A DNA stretch of 64,000 nt from Laetmonice hystrix (lineage: Eukaryota): NCBI GenBank assembly GCA_965235115.1, contig OZ249436.1:20834001-20898000 (forward strand), read 5' to 3'. Shown here one piece after another: positions 40,474 to 52,022 of this stretch; positions within the stretch are counted from its first letter, which is position 1, and the number at the start of each line of letters is the position of its first letter. Both the position numbers and the translations under genes were made by a program. The notes under the pieces were generated by a model. That model was given only the letters and a program-made list of their open reading frames with translations, did no database searches and was not told where the DNA came from.

Positions 40474-41477
40474 ATGTAACCTACAGCAAGCATTCCCGTT
40501 CTCCGAGTTTGACTGCATAAATGTTGTTTCTTGTCCTCATGCACCATACACCTGAAATCCCGCGCGTCATTTCTTGTTTCTTGCAAAGTCAATCCATATC
40601 AAACTGTGGTCGGCAGTGTAGCTCTGTCGCTGTACGTTGCTTGCGGTTGGAGGGGGGGGGGGGTATCTTATTTGGTTGCATCTACAAAATAAAAGACATT
40701 AAAGCAATCACCGAGTATCTCTCATTTCAATGACTCCAAATTCAAATGTGATGTTAGGTTAGATAAGGGCGTAGACAGAAATGGAGACATCTAGTGAAGT
40801 TCAACACTCCAGTTGCCTATTGTCACTATGAGGCGATCGTCTTACGGCTGGTTGTTGTCAAAGTCGTTGACCTGGAACAGCCAATGAAATTCATTGGTTT
40901 ATCGCCCGATGAATTCCTTTGGCCATCCATGTCAATGCCAGGTGAACAACCAGCCATGAGACGTTCGCCATGAAACTTTTTGGGGGCTACTTTCCCTAAA
41001 CGAGGCGGTAGCCCTTGATTATAACAGAAATGCCCTATATAGTGAACGCCGAATGAAAGCCAAGCTATGTTTGTGAGCAGGCAGCTCAGTGACATTTGAT
41101 ATAGGACATCAACATGGACATATTGGATTGCATGTAACAGATGCAATCGAAACCCCTACTAGCTTCTCAGTTTTTGATCAGTTTCGCCTCTCGAGATTTT
41201 TGATTACACTGTCTTTGATATACCCATATTGTTAATATGAAAGGAGTTTGAAGGAGGCAAAACGATATGAATAACGTACACGGTAAGTTTTTATTAAAAC
41301 ATCAGCATTTATAGCAATATCTGCCTATTCGTATACCGTTATGTTAATAACGGAAATCCAATAAGTTGAGAAACAAGATTACAATCAAGAGAGTCTTAAG
41401 TCTTATAATCGGGAGGGAGATTTCGGGCTAAGATCGCCATCTTATCATGTTTTAAATCATGTTATCAACGACCTGTA

Positions 41478-41650
41478 GGCTGTCTACGCGAAGCCAGACC
41501 TGCCATTCTACTCCGTGTTCACATTGGTTTAAGGCTGCATGTCTACGCGAAGCCAGACCTGCCATTCTACTCCGTGTTCACATTGGTTTAAGGCTGCATG
41601 TCTACGCGAAGCCAGACCTGCCATTCTACTCCGTGTTAACATTGGTTTAA
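41478..41650. repeat. 59-bp tandem repeat, 3 copies
   Basis: GTCTACGCGAAGCC at 41482, 41541 and 41600. Confidence 0.9.
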
Positions 41651-44600
41651 TGCGTTAATTCTAACTGGTTTATTCGAGTTTTGGCCGTATTTGCCCCTGA
41701 GACTAGCATGAATTGTAGTGGCAGCGAAATCCATATCATGTTGAGTGTAGGCGCCTGTCGACAAGAACAGACTGCTAACGGACTATTGACCCTAACTGTC
41801 CACTGACGAGCCCCTCAGTGCCTGTGTTAGGCCCATCTTGCTTGGTCGGGCGGGAAGTCACCCTGCCCTGCGGCCGGCCGTGAATGGTAGGCCCCGGCGG
41901 ACACCGCCCGGCGCGCACCGCCCGGTCGGTAGCCCTGCTCGCCCGCCCACATTCCACATCATGAAGGGGGCAAAGGGCTGGATCGGGAACCTCCGATGAA
42001 ATCGGACACCCCTGATCTCGAACGTGCCCGCAGAGATAGCGCTTCTGATTGCTACTTAAGAACGGGTGTGCCCTTACAACCTTGCCTGGTCCCTAGGGTA
42101 TTAACTAGCCGACAACAAAACCGCTGATTTGCAATTGCTATATGATCGGCAATCTGACAATTACCATTTCTACAGCCCGTAGAGGTTGTCGGTTAAGACA
42201 TGGCATGTTTTCGCCATATCAGGTGAAACGAGAGGTTGATCTCTACAAGGCGCTGCCCTCTTTAGGGATAAAGATGGCCTCCCCTCCCTGCACCCCGCGC
42301 ACATCTAGGCCTAGAGTTGGAACAACCCTTGTTCGCGGACACTTAATATGGTAATCCACTACGAAAAGGCTTCTTTTCGTTGAGGTCGAGGCTGGGAAAA
42401 TGTGAAGGGTATTTTTCTTTGAAGTTGTCTTTGTGAATCGAAAAAACGGTCCGGTTTTTGTGTGCTCTGTGCCATTGCGGACCCGAGGGACGTCTGTCTG
42501 AGAACAAAACTGCAGAAGTCTTCAAATGGGCTCCTTTACGTGTTGCGACCCTCGGCTACATTTTTTCCGCTTCCTAGCAGGCCTAAGCGGTGAAACAATC
42601 TACACTAAAGACCCAGTGACATCTAGTGCAGAGAAAATATAACCGTAGATTGTTGTGTCTGTTTTTACTGATTCCTTATTAAACATGCCCTGAAATCGTG
42701 TTGTAATATTTTGTTGCAGTATACTGTGTTGTAATATACTTATGACTGGAATTAGTCTAGTCCTTTTTAGTGTCCCCCCTTTTTAGTGTGCCCCCCCTTA
42801 GTGAGATGGCAGTGAAATCGACCCCGTGTGCCATATGAAAGCATCTAAAAGTCAATGGTAGTCTTTTAAAGAACTTTAAGTAGGTATTTTAGTATTATTC
42901 CTGGACAGATGGCTTTTAGATTACCCAGAGATTACCGCATGTTTTGTGAGGCAGTCTGGTCGCAGGCCTCTGACAGCGGGGTATGTGATTATCAACTAAA
43001 ATATACATACCTCCTCCTTTTGGGGAGTAACACTGGGAATAGAAAATACTGTAAGAATTGTTCTCTCCCTGTGGGGCACAGCCAAATCTGGCCCACACAG
43101 ATCATGTTCTATCGGAAAATCCACAACACAGCTTATTTATTATTTATGGCTCGTCTGTGGAACTGCTAACTGTTATTGATAAACAGACGGGTTTAGTACC
43201 CGTTTCCCGTTTCTTTTACGTATACATACAAGCGTACATTTTCAAAGACGGCGGAAAAATCACCCTGGAAAACGAATACTTATTGGCATTGGGATTATGA
43301 AAAGCTGCATGTCTCTTATCTGGTACATTAGAGAAGCTTTATGTATTTCGACACGTGTTTCTTTTTTCGCATACACTTGACGAGTTGTATGAAGTATGAG
43401 TATACGGAACGGTCCCATGAATATGCTCTTTGCAAGTCGTCGATCGGCATGAAGAACATCTCTATGATCTAGAGATGGTCAATAAATGTTGGTCATAAGT
43501 GCACGAGTACCTCTGATGGCTGAAAGCCGCCGATAGATTGGTTCTATCTTTGACACCCTAGAGGTATATAGAACCCTAACGTTCCTTGAGATACCCCACG
43601 CGCACGAGTAGCTTCCAAAAACACGTTTATGCATGGGGAATTCTCTTTCAGTACTTGTTATAGGCACGCAGCCTAATTTTAATCCCTCAACAGTGGGCGA
43701 AGGTTTCTCTGATGTTTATGAGGGGCACATCTTAGAGACAACCTAATTAGTGCCTTGCCCACAACGACAAGAGTTTAACGACTAACAACGAAAGGGACGG
43801 GATTGACTAGTAATTGTGAAGCGATGGAATGCAAATGTATCTTTGCACTTTGTACTAAAGGCACAAAGTAATTATGATGTAATATAATACACAGAGCCTG
43901 AGTATCTGACATTGTAGATCATCTCCAGGATAATTTTCTCTTTCTGTGTTGGCTTTCTCGACATATATCGCTGCATTCGCAAGCACTCAGTGAGGAAGGA
44001 TGGGAGGGGGCGAAGGAACCTTCTGATTTCACCCCCTTAAGAGGGTCCATGGTTGTGGCAGATTTCCCCTCATTTTTGCTTCATTGTGAATAGTATCGTT
44101 AAACCATCATGTCCTCCAACACAAGCAAGATTTTGTTGATCCAAATCATAGCGAATTCCTAGCATACAAGTATACCTACCACTTGGAAACAGCGTCTACT
44201 AATATTGTATTTCTATTTTGGTGATAATGTGATGTTGAAGAAGAACTTGGCACTTGTAATTGCGCAATATCGCGTTGGTAAAGTAGAGATATTTTCACGC
44301 TGCCACTCGGCGGGCGAAGAACGATAAATATCTGCCGGAGTGTTGACAGTAAGCCGTGCACGTGACAGTAAGCCACGACACTTGTCGGATGGTAGGCGTT
44401 CTAAATAATGATTGCATACAAGGAGCAATATGTCCGCGGTAAATTGTGTTTATTGTCAAGTGGATGTATTCGAAGACTTAATGCTTAGGCGTATAAATAA
44501 AATAAAGATGGGATATGGGAAAACGCAATGGTGCATGGGGGTTTTTATTACCAAAAAAAGAAGTGTCTGGAGGAGGAACGCAGAAAGTAGCCACTAGGGG

Positions 44601-45059
44601 ACTGGTACAATGGATTCCATTCCAGCGCTGAGCATTGTTTATTGTAGCCCTGTTTTTGATGTTGACACACCTGCCCGGTACCGAGGATGTCGCATACGAA
44701 CCGTTGTAATCCCTTTGAAAAGAGACTTTTTGGTGTCTAAGTAGCAACATTATAACACAGTTCTATACGACTGGTACCGCACCCAGCCTGCCAGTTATTC
44801 CAATGGAGTTCACTATCAAATGAATCCACGAACACTGAACACTAACTGTATGTTGGTTTTGCTATGCTGATCATTGGATGATACCTTTATTCTCGGCTCA
44901 TCATGCTGCCTCGTCATACCTTCCATTATGAATTGCACTCTGTATGTGTCCATACCGATATTACCCGTTTGGCATTCAAGAATTGGTGCCATTCAGACTA
45001 GAGGTCGAAAGCGCATTGGAAGGATATTCTAGAATTCACATAACGAGATAAATTCTGGG

Positions 45060-45320
45060 GTACCCTTCGCTTCATGGCGCCATTTGACCCAGGTATGAAT
45101 GTGACCGTTCCTGCGCTTCCTGTTATAATACAGTTCGGTTCGAAGCAGTTTGCTATGGTGTGTACTGTGAAAGAAGTCTTATCTTCTAACCAGTTCACCC
45201 CAAGCCTTATTACTAATCAGCAGCCGACGTTTGCCTCGATGGAAAGGAAAACATCCAAACAGTCTTTGTCCACACAATGCTCCCACATCAGAGGATCTGC
45301 AGGATGAGACGTAGCTCAAG
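45060..45320 (-). pseudogene. Degraded THAP-domain-like coding relic, probably transposon-derived
   Basis: Pieces in shifting frames (MFSFPS..., KAWGELVRR*DF...HSKL, FEPNCI..., KRRVP) follow the THAP F.FP...W...V.R......LC..HF...C.....VP order. Confidence 0.4.
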
Positions 45321-46099
45321 CATCATCAGCAAACTACACGTACAAAAGAAATGCCTTCGTCTGCCTCCCATTTCGGTTTATCCTGGTTGCGCTAAGAAAT
45401 GACGTTTCTATTTTGAGTTCAGTACTCTAAACTAAAGAGATTGAAGAAATTCATTCGATTCGATTCTGGCAGAACATTGTGCACACCGACAGACGGCGAC
45501 CCTTCCGTCCGCCATATATGAATCACGATCACTTTCATAAGTCCAATACCAATTGACCAATTTTGACCGATTAGCGGTTCAGTGTCTGCTAATTCCACTG
45601 ACTCGTACCATTTCGTGCCAGACCGGCTGCCAAAGCCTGACATGCATTCTGTGATGATGCGGCGCCAAGTCGATCGCCGTGCTAGACGAAGGAAACTCGG
45701 TTTGACGTGTGACAACTGTTCTAGCTACAGTTTGAAAGTATAGAAAAGGTCATGAATATGATACACTGATGAGATGAGCTGCACCTGTGGGACAAAAGAC
45801 ACTCAGAGTCTTTATTGAGTGTGATGATTAATATTCTCCGTCGAAGGTGAACGTTGAAATAGAATGTCTTCATTTCCAACCTTTTAAGGCATCACATGCC
45901 AGGTTCATAATGGACCGATTTTATCCCCGTTCACAAACCGGGAAACCAGACCAAGGTCCTCATGGATACAAAAAACTTAAAAAAAGAACTTTGTGGCGTT
46001 CTTTGCCCGTATTGTTCATTTCATTACAGAATGTCATCTTTGAGATGAGCTGTGGCCGTTGGGGGTGGAAACAAGCGTAACGTTAAACCGTTTAACGAC

Positions 46100-46471
46100 A
46101 CAGGTAATACGAGGCTTACGGACGGAACACACATGCAGCTTTCATGCAAACATTTACGATTCAAACAGGTAATACAAGGCTTACGGACGGAACACACAGC
46201 TTTCATGCAAGCATTCACGATTCAAACAGGTAATACGAGGCTTACGGACGGAACACACAGCTTTCATGCAAGCATTCACGATTCAAACAGGTAATACGAG
46301 GCTTGCGGACGGAACACACATGCAGCTTTCATGCAAACATTTACGATTCAAACAGGTAATACAAGGCTTACGGACGGAACACACAGCTTTCATGCAAGCA
46401 TTCACGATTCAAACAGGTAATACGAGGCTTACGGACGGAACACACAGCTTTCATGCAAGCATTTACGATTC
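46100..46471. repeat. 61/65-bp tandem repeat, 6 copies, with higher-order (65-61-61) structure
   Basis: CAGGTAATAC at 46101, 46166, 46227, 46288, 46353 and 46414. Confidence 0.9.
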
Positions 46472-46650
46472 ACAGAGTTTCTTTTCGGAAACAGATCTCC
46501 TCTTTATTATTGTCTTCATGAAATTTATATTATCCCGAACATCTTCAAAAATTGTTGTTGTTTCAAGGGTGTATAGCCAATAGGGGGGTGGGGACCCGGC
46601 AGTCAAGCGCACATAGACATATCGTCAGAAAATCACTAATTTAACAGCTA

Positions 46651-46945
46651 TAGGGCGCCGAAGTCTCGTGACACAGTTACGGATTTTCTGGATAGGAGGT
46701 ACAAATGGAGCGTCAATGTTGACACACAATTGTTGCGTCACAAATTTCCCCATTGGTTTAAGGACAAGTGCTAGTGTGAGGCCAAAAATTGGTTTGAGAC
46801 AGATTTTTTTTAAATTTTGCAGATAAACAGAGTATGTTGTCCTCTTTCAAAATTCAGCAAAAAAATGATACCTCACCGGCTTAGTTTTTTTGTTAGGAGC
46901 GTTTGAAGTTGGTATTTTCTTCATGTTAATGAATACAGTTTACAA

Positions 46946-46978
<33 letters not shown>

Positions 46979-47010
46979 TTTTTGTCAGAACGGTGTTATG
47001 ACAAATAGAA

Positions 47011-47056
<46 letters not shown>

Positions 47057-47186
47057 TTTTGACTTTGAACATTTTCACTGGTGTAAGTGAGCAAAAAGTG
47101 AAAAAGTTCAAAATCAAACTTTTTTTTTATTTTATTTTTTTTTTTAACACTTCTATAACTTGGAGACCGTTATGACAAATAGAAAT

Positions 47187-47220
<34 letters not shown>

Positions 47221-47698
47221 CTAAACAGTAATTAGTAATTAACATGACGAACATATCAATTTCAAACGCTCTTAACAAAAAAAGTAACCTGGTGAGGTAT
47301 CATTTTTTTGCTGAATTTTGAAAGAGGACAACATACTCTGTTTATCTGCAAAATTTAAAAAAAATCTGTCTCAAACCAATTTTTGGCCTCACACTAGCAC
47401 TTGTCCTTAACATAGGATGAAGAGACATCGTTCCAAAGATCGGCCTAGTCTTGAAGATTTTTGTGTTGTTTTGTATAAAAGTTATATATTCAAGCATAAA
47501 ACAGGTTGATACAAATATCTGGGAAGGTTTCATTACAAAGGGCAGGATAATTAAAGAGAAATCACGAGTTGAAGTTGGCAGTCGCCGTCCCCTATGGCCA
47601 GCGCAATGCTAAACAAGCGTGAGCGATAATGACGTGTCAACAAAATCGACTTTTATCGCGTTGTAACGCAACATCTCGTGACCTACTTCGGCTCCCTA
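46651..47698. mobile_element. Non-autonomous DNA transposon with TAGGG...CCCTA termini in TA context, hosting a nested MITE
   Basis: TATAGGGCGCCGAAGT ... ACTTCGGCTCCCTATA. Confidence 0.7.
46762..47406. mobile_element. Kolobok-type foldback MITE
   Basis: TTAA-GGACAAGTG ... CACTTGTCC-TTAA. More than 110 bp of perfect TIR, extending imperfectly over most of the element. Confidence 0.9.
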
Positions 47699-47943
47699 TA
47701 CCCATACTTACATGTAAGTAGGGGGGGCAAGGCCCCCGTCTGCCCCCTGGCTACACCCTGCGTTAATATATTTTTTTATTTGAAGTATCAGGTGGCACTC
47801 TTCATAAATGCGCGAGGGAGACGGTCGGATAGGTAGGCCTATATAGTATTATTATACAGACACGTTCTTCAAGGACGACATTGCTAAGTCCAGGTTCCAA
47901 CCGCTCGGCCGTCTGGCCTCGAGCACACTATAGGAGCCTACGA

Positions 47944-48358
47944 TAAGATTACCATGCCCTTCTGGTATAAAGATTACCATGCCCGTCTGGTATAAAGATT
48001 ACCATGCCCTTCTGGTATAAAGATTACCATGACCTTCTGGTATAAAGATTACCATGTCCCGGTATAAAGATTGCCACACCCTTCTGGTATAAAGATTGCC
48101 ATGCCCGTCTGGTATAAAGATTACCATGCCCGTCTGGTATAAAGATTACCATGACCTTCTGGTATAAAGATTACCATGTCCTTCTGGTATAAAGATTACC
48201 ATGACCTTCTGGTATAAAGATTACCATGTCCTGGTATAAAGATTACCATGCCCTTCTGGTATAAAGATTACCATGTCCTTCTGGTATAAAGATTACCATG
48301 ACCTTCTGGTATAAAGATTACCATGTCCTGGTATAAAGATTACCATGCCCTTCTGGTA
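47944..48358. repeat. 25-bp minisatellite, about 17 copies
   Basis: Unit TAAAGATTACCATGCCCTTCTGGTA, with shorter variants. Confidence 0.95.
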
Positions 48359-48467
48359 TCGGATTAAAAAGATGATAACACGATTGGCTGCCGGGTTTCT
48401 CTATTTCTTTCTCCTGTGATTACGTGCCCACACAGACTGGTGTTGGCGTACGTTTCTTCTCGTACCT

Positions 48468-49573
48468 CCCCCTAGCGACCAGGGTAAGAATCATCCTCAG
48501 CGTCATACCCCTGGCGACCAGGGTAAAAATCATCCTCAGCGTCATACCCCCTGGCGACCAGGGTAAGAATCATCCTCAGCGTCATACCCCTGGCGACCAG
48601 GGTAAGAATCATCCTCAGCGTCATACCCCTGGCGACCAGGGTAAGAATCATCCTCAGCGTCATACCCCCTGGCGACCAGGGTAAGAATCATCCTCAGCGT
48701 CATACGCCCCTGGCGACCAGGGTAAGAATCATCCTCAGCGTCATACCCCTGGCGACCAGGGTAAGAATCATCCTCAGCGTCATACCCCTGGCGACCAGGG
48801 TAAGAATCATTCTCAGCGTCATACCCCTGGCGACCAGGGCAAGAATCCTCCTCAGCGTCATACCCCTGGCGACCAGAGTAAGAATCATCCTCAGCGTCAT
48901 ACCCCTGGCGACCAGGGTAAGAATCCTCCTCAGCGTCATACCCCTGGCGACCAGAGTAAGAATCATCCTCAGCGTCATACCCCTGGCGACCAGGGTAAGA
49001 ATCCTCCTCAGCGTCATGCCCCCTGGCGACCAGGGTAAGAATCCTCCTCAGCGTCATACCCCTGGCGACCATGGGTAAGAATCATCCTCAGCGTCATATC
49101 CCCCCCCCTGGCGACCAGGTGTAAGAATAATCCTCAGCGTCATACCCCTGGCGACCAGGGTAAGAATCATCCTCAGCGTCATGCCCCCTGGCGACCAGGG
49201 TAAGAATCATCCTCAGCGTCATACCCCCTGGCGACCATGGGTAAGAATCATCCTCAGCTTCATACCCCTGGCGACCAGGGTAAGAATAATCCTCAGCGTC
49301 ATACCCCTGGCGACCAGGGTAAGAATCATCCTCAGCGTCATACGCCCCTGGCGACCAGGGTAAGAATCATCCTCAGCGTCATACCCCTGGCGACCAGGGT
49401 AAGAATCATTCTCAGCGTCATACCCCTGGCGACCAGGGTAAGAATCCTCCTCAGCGTCATACCCCTGGCGACCAGAGTAAGAATCATCCTCAGCGTCATA
49501 CCCCTGGCGACCAGGGTAAGAATCATCCTCAGCGTCATACCCCTGGCGACCAGGGTAAGAATCATCCTCAGCT
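48468..49573. repeat. 39-bp minisatellite, about 28 copies, derived from a SINE head
   Basis: Unit CCCCTGGCGACCAGGGTAAGAATCATCCTCAGCGTCATA. Confidence 0.95.
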
Positions 49574-49895
49574 TCACCACTGCCCTTTATTAAGAGGCCG
49601 TGAATGGGGCGATGACTCGAGGGTTGAGGAAGTGGTTCAGTTCCGGATTAGCCTGGCACAGGTGGATTTAGATTCTTATAGTACCCTCCGCAAGGTGTTG
49701 ACATATCCAGCTGTGTTATTCGGCTGGGCATATAAAAATGTGGTAATTTATCGAAAAGAATAGGGGCTTCGATGGTTTTTTTCTCTCTCTGATCGTATCC
49801 TTACGCCACTCTGGGACTTTGAAGATTTTGTTCTCGCCCTGAATAAAATTGAAATATTTTCGACACGGCCTAAAACCACATGTCACCCACTCACT
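49574..49895 (+). mobile_element. Diverged body and tail of the SINE family, continuing directly from the 39-bp array
   Basis: TAAGAGGCC..GAATGGGGCGA, GGAAGTGGT, TCCAGCTGTGT...TGGGCATATAAAA, ATCGAAAAGAATAGGGG, CGCCCTGAATA...TGAAATATTTTCGACACGGCCTAAAAC...CACTCACT. Confidence 0.75.
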
Positions 49896-50246
49896 ATACT
49901 AGTCATAATTATTCAAGCTTGGTTGAAACATGGATTGCAAGGATGATATAGCCTTTTTTACTGGATCACAGTGCAACAAGGAAATATTGCAGCCCGCACA
50001 TTGATTTCGTCCCATCTGTGCGTACAGACGGGCATCTGTAGATACAGCAGTTTACGTAACTCACAGGCTCACATCACCTGTTTGTACAAACGTTACAATG
50101 TAAGTCCTTGTGTTCTGGACAGCAGAAAAAGAATCGCATTTTGATGTCCCACCGTGGAAAGGCCTGTAGGCCACATGCGCACATGACAGGTAATAATGGT
50201 TATATCTTTTTATTTTATTTTTTATTTTTACGGTTATATCATGTTA

Positions 50247-50604
50247 GGCAAAAAAAAACCCGGTTTCTGGTCCGAAGAAAATTTCAAAAGTGGTGCGGCG
50301 ACGCGGTTTAAAAAAAAAAAATTTGTGATAGCTGGCTAAGATGGTAAGCCTTATAAGAATTATCATGTAAAATGAACTCATAGATAAGGACCATGACCTT
50401 TGCTGTCATCGCTTTGAATACAAACACACTTCCGTTGCAGTGTTAATGAAATGTCCATTACAACAATGGTTAGTTTTAAGCCTTACCGCTAGGTGGCAGC
50501 AAAATTCACAGTCATCCAAGGTGAGGGCAAAAAAAAAGCACTGATGCGCGGCATCCGAAGTGACGCGCGCGCGGACCAGAAACCGGGAATGTTTTTTTTT
50601 GGCC
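50247..50604. mobile_element. Zator-type MITE
   Basis: TTA-GGC(A)nCCCGGTTTCTGGTCCG ... CGGACCAGAAACCGGG..(T)nGGCC-TTA: GG/CC termini with a 3-bp TWA duplication. Confidence 0.75.
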
Positions 50605-50831
50605 TTATCGATGACAAAGTTCCCACCAGCCAGGGGTCCCATTCGTCCGCTATTTAGCTGATTTCCGCCATTATTATTTCAGAAATCGTTATTTCTGAGA
50701 CCGAATGTCAAGGTGGGGGGGGGGGGGGTACTGATACACTTTCAGCTATTTTTTATTGGCTGGTCAGCAGGTATACACTCCAGATTACCTCTCCCGTTTG
50801 CTGCAGGCGGTGATGACAGAATAATCCCTTA

Positions 50832-51035
50832 AGGCTCTGATCCACTAAGGCGATTTCCCTTGCGGTGGACAGGCGATTTTTTGGTGGTATTTCACTCTGT
50901 AATTTTTTCTTGCTGGCCTTCCCTGTTTCCGGAAATGGGTTCCATCCCTTAATCTCAAAATCCCAGTAAAATAAAAGGGTGGTATCAAAATTGCATGGTC
51001 ATCGCAAGGACAATCGCCTCAGTGGATCATGGCCT
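50832..51035. mobile_element. Harbinger-type MITE followed by an inverted partial copy (to about 51160)
   Basis: AGGCTCTGATCCACTAAGGCGATT ... AATCGCCTCAGTGGATCATGGCCT flanked by TTA/TCA. AAGGGAAATCGCCTTAGTGGA at 51131 is the reverse complement of 50841-50861. Confidence 0.65.
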
Positions 51036-51894
51036 TCAGTATGATTGGTTGGGTATCACCAGCAGCGAAAACCACCTTCATGTTGATGTATTTACTGTAA
51101 TTTTGAGATTAAATTATGGAAACCATTTCCAAGGGAAATCGCCTTAGTGGAAATATTCCTTTAAGGTGGGCCGGCCTGCGTAACGAATTTGGTATAGGAT
51201 TTAGATCGTTATCACAGGGAATCTATTCTGTTCGCTATCTATACATCCAATAAACAACACTAGATACAATTTGGACAAAACACCAGTTGGCACGTTTAGC
51301 TGCATGGTTAGGCATTGAAGTGCATTCACGAACTGCTTGTATTTTTACTGAATACAAAGAATTGGAAGACTGTAAGTGCTGTTTTTCGAAAAATTGCCAT
51401 ATTATGTATCCTTGATTTCACATAACACAACATCTGGTGGTGCTCACAAGTTTATTTCGTAATTATTATAGACAAGACATATGAATATGAATATATATGA
51501 ATGTTAAATTCCACAGTAAAATTGGCGCCCTTCAGACTCGTGACGTATGCAAATGGGATGAGCCACCTGGTAGAATCCCCGAGAACTCCCAATCTTGGGA
51601 TTCTCACAACATTGTGGGAGGGTGTACTTACACGCCTGTATTTTACTAAAACGTGCTCATGCCAAGTCTGGGGATTCGCAACCAATTTTCGGTGTTGCTG
51701 AATAAGAACATTTATGATGTTGACTGTCATTGCCAAATATTGGATAGACATTGCACGTTCTCAAACCAAATGCCTCAGTTTCATAGATTATTATTATCCA
51801 CTAATGTTGACACGGACTGCATTCATCCCTTTATATTATTAGTGGTTCAATAGTATACAAGGATTCCACTTATAACCATATAGGACCCCTCCCC

Positions 51895-52022
51895 TCCGGG
51901 TTTGAATCTTCTTCCGCCCGCATACATGTGAGCATTGTCACTTACCTGCCATGAATTCGTTAGTTTTCTCCAGTCAAACTCACCGCCTCAATATGACCCC
52001 GGATGTTGCGGGGGCGTAAAGC
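51895..52022 (+). mobile_element. Degenerate tRNA-SINE with a MetaSINE-like core
   Basis: B-box-like GGGTTTGAATC, core TGTGAGCATTGTCACTTACCTGCC...GTTTTCTCC, tail AAACTCACCGCCTCAATATGACC...GGCGTAAA. Confidence 0.45.

Larger units (their letters stand above)
34964..40522 (+). mobile_element. Non-autonomous Ngaro/PAT-like tyrosine-recombinase retrotransposon with split direct repeats A1-B1-A2-B2
   Basis: A1 34964-35271 = A2 39756-40063 (308 bp, no differences seen). B1 39480-39755 = B2 40247-40522 (276 bp, one difference seen). AAAT at the left flank, the B1/A2 junction and the right end. No TIRs or longer TSD. Confidence 0.8.

Noticed and set aside
34964..40522. Ordinary LTR retrotransposon or solo LTR
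   Set aside because: No TG...CA ends, PBS/PPT or 4-6-bp TSD pattern; the repeats are split as A...B-A-B.
41742..41755. 14-bp TGAGTGTAGGCGCC also present in the GPCR upstream region (~16792)
   Set aside because: A single 14-bp match is expected by chance among all position pairs in 64 kb, and there is no flanking homology.
41796..42080. Hammerhead ribozyme (CTGACGA + stem II + stem III)
   Set aside because: The required GAAA reads CAAA and no stem I pairing could be formed. Kept only as part of the structured-island finding.
48468..49573. CRISPR-like appearance (short repeat with an internal CCCTGG-cga-CCAGGG hairpin)
   Set aside because: Units are head-to-tail with no unique spacers, there are no cas genes, the context is eukaryotic, and SINE-head amplification explains it.
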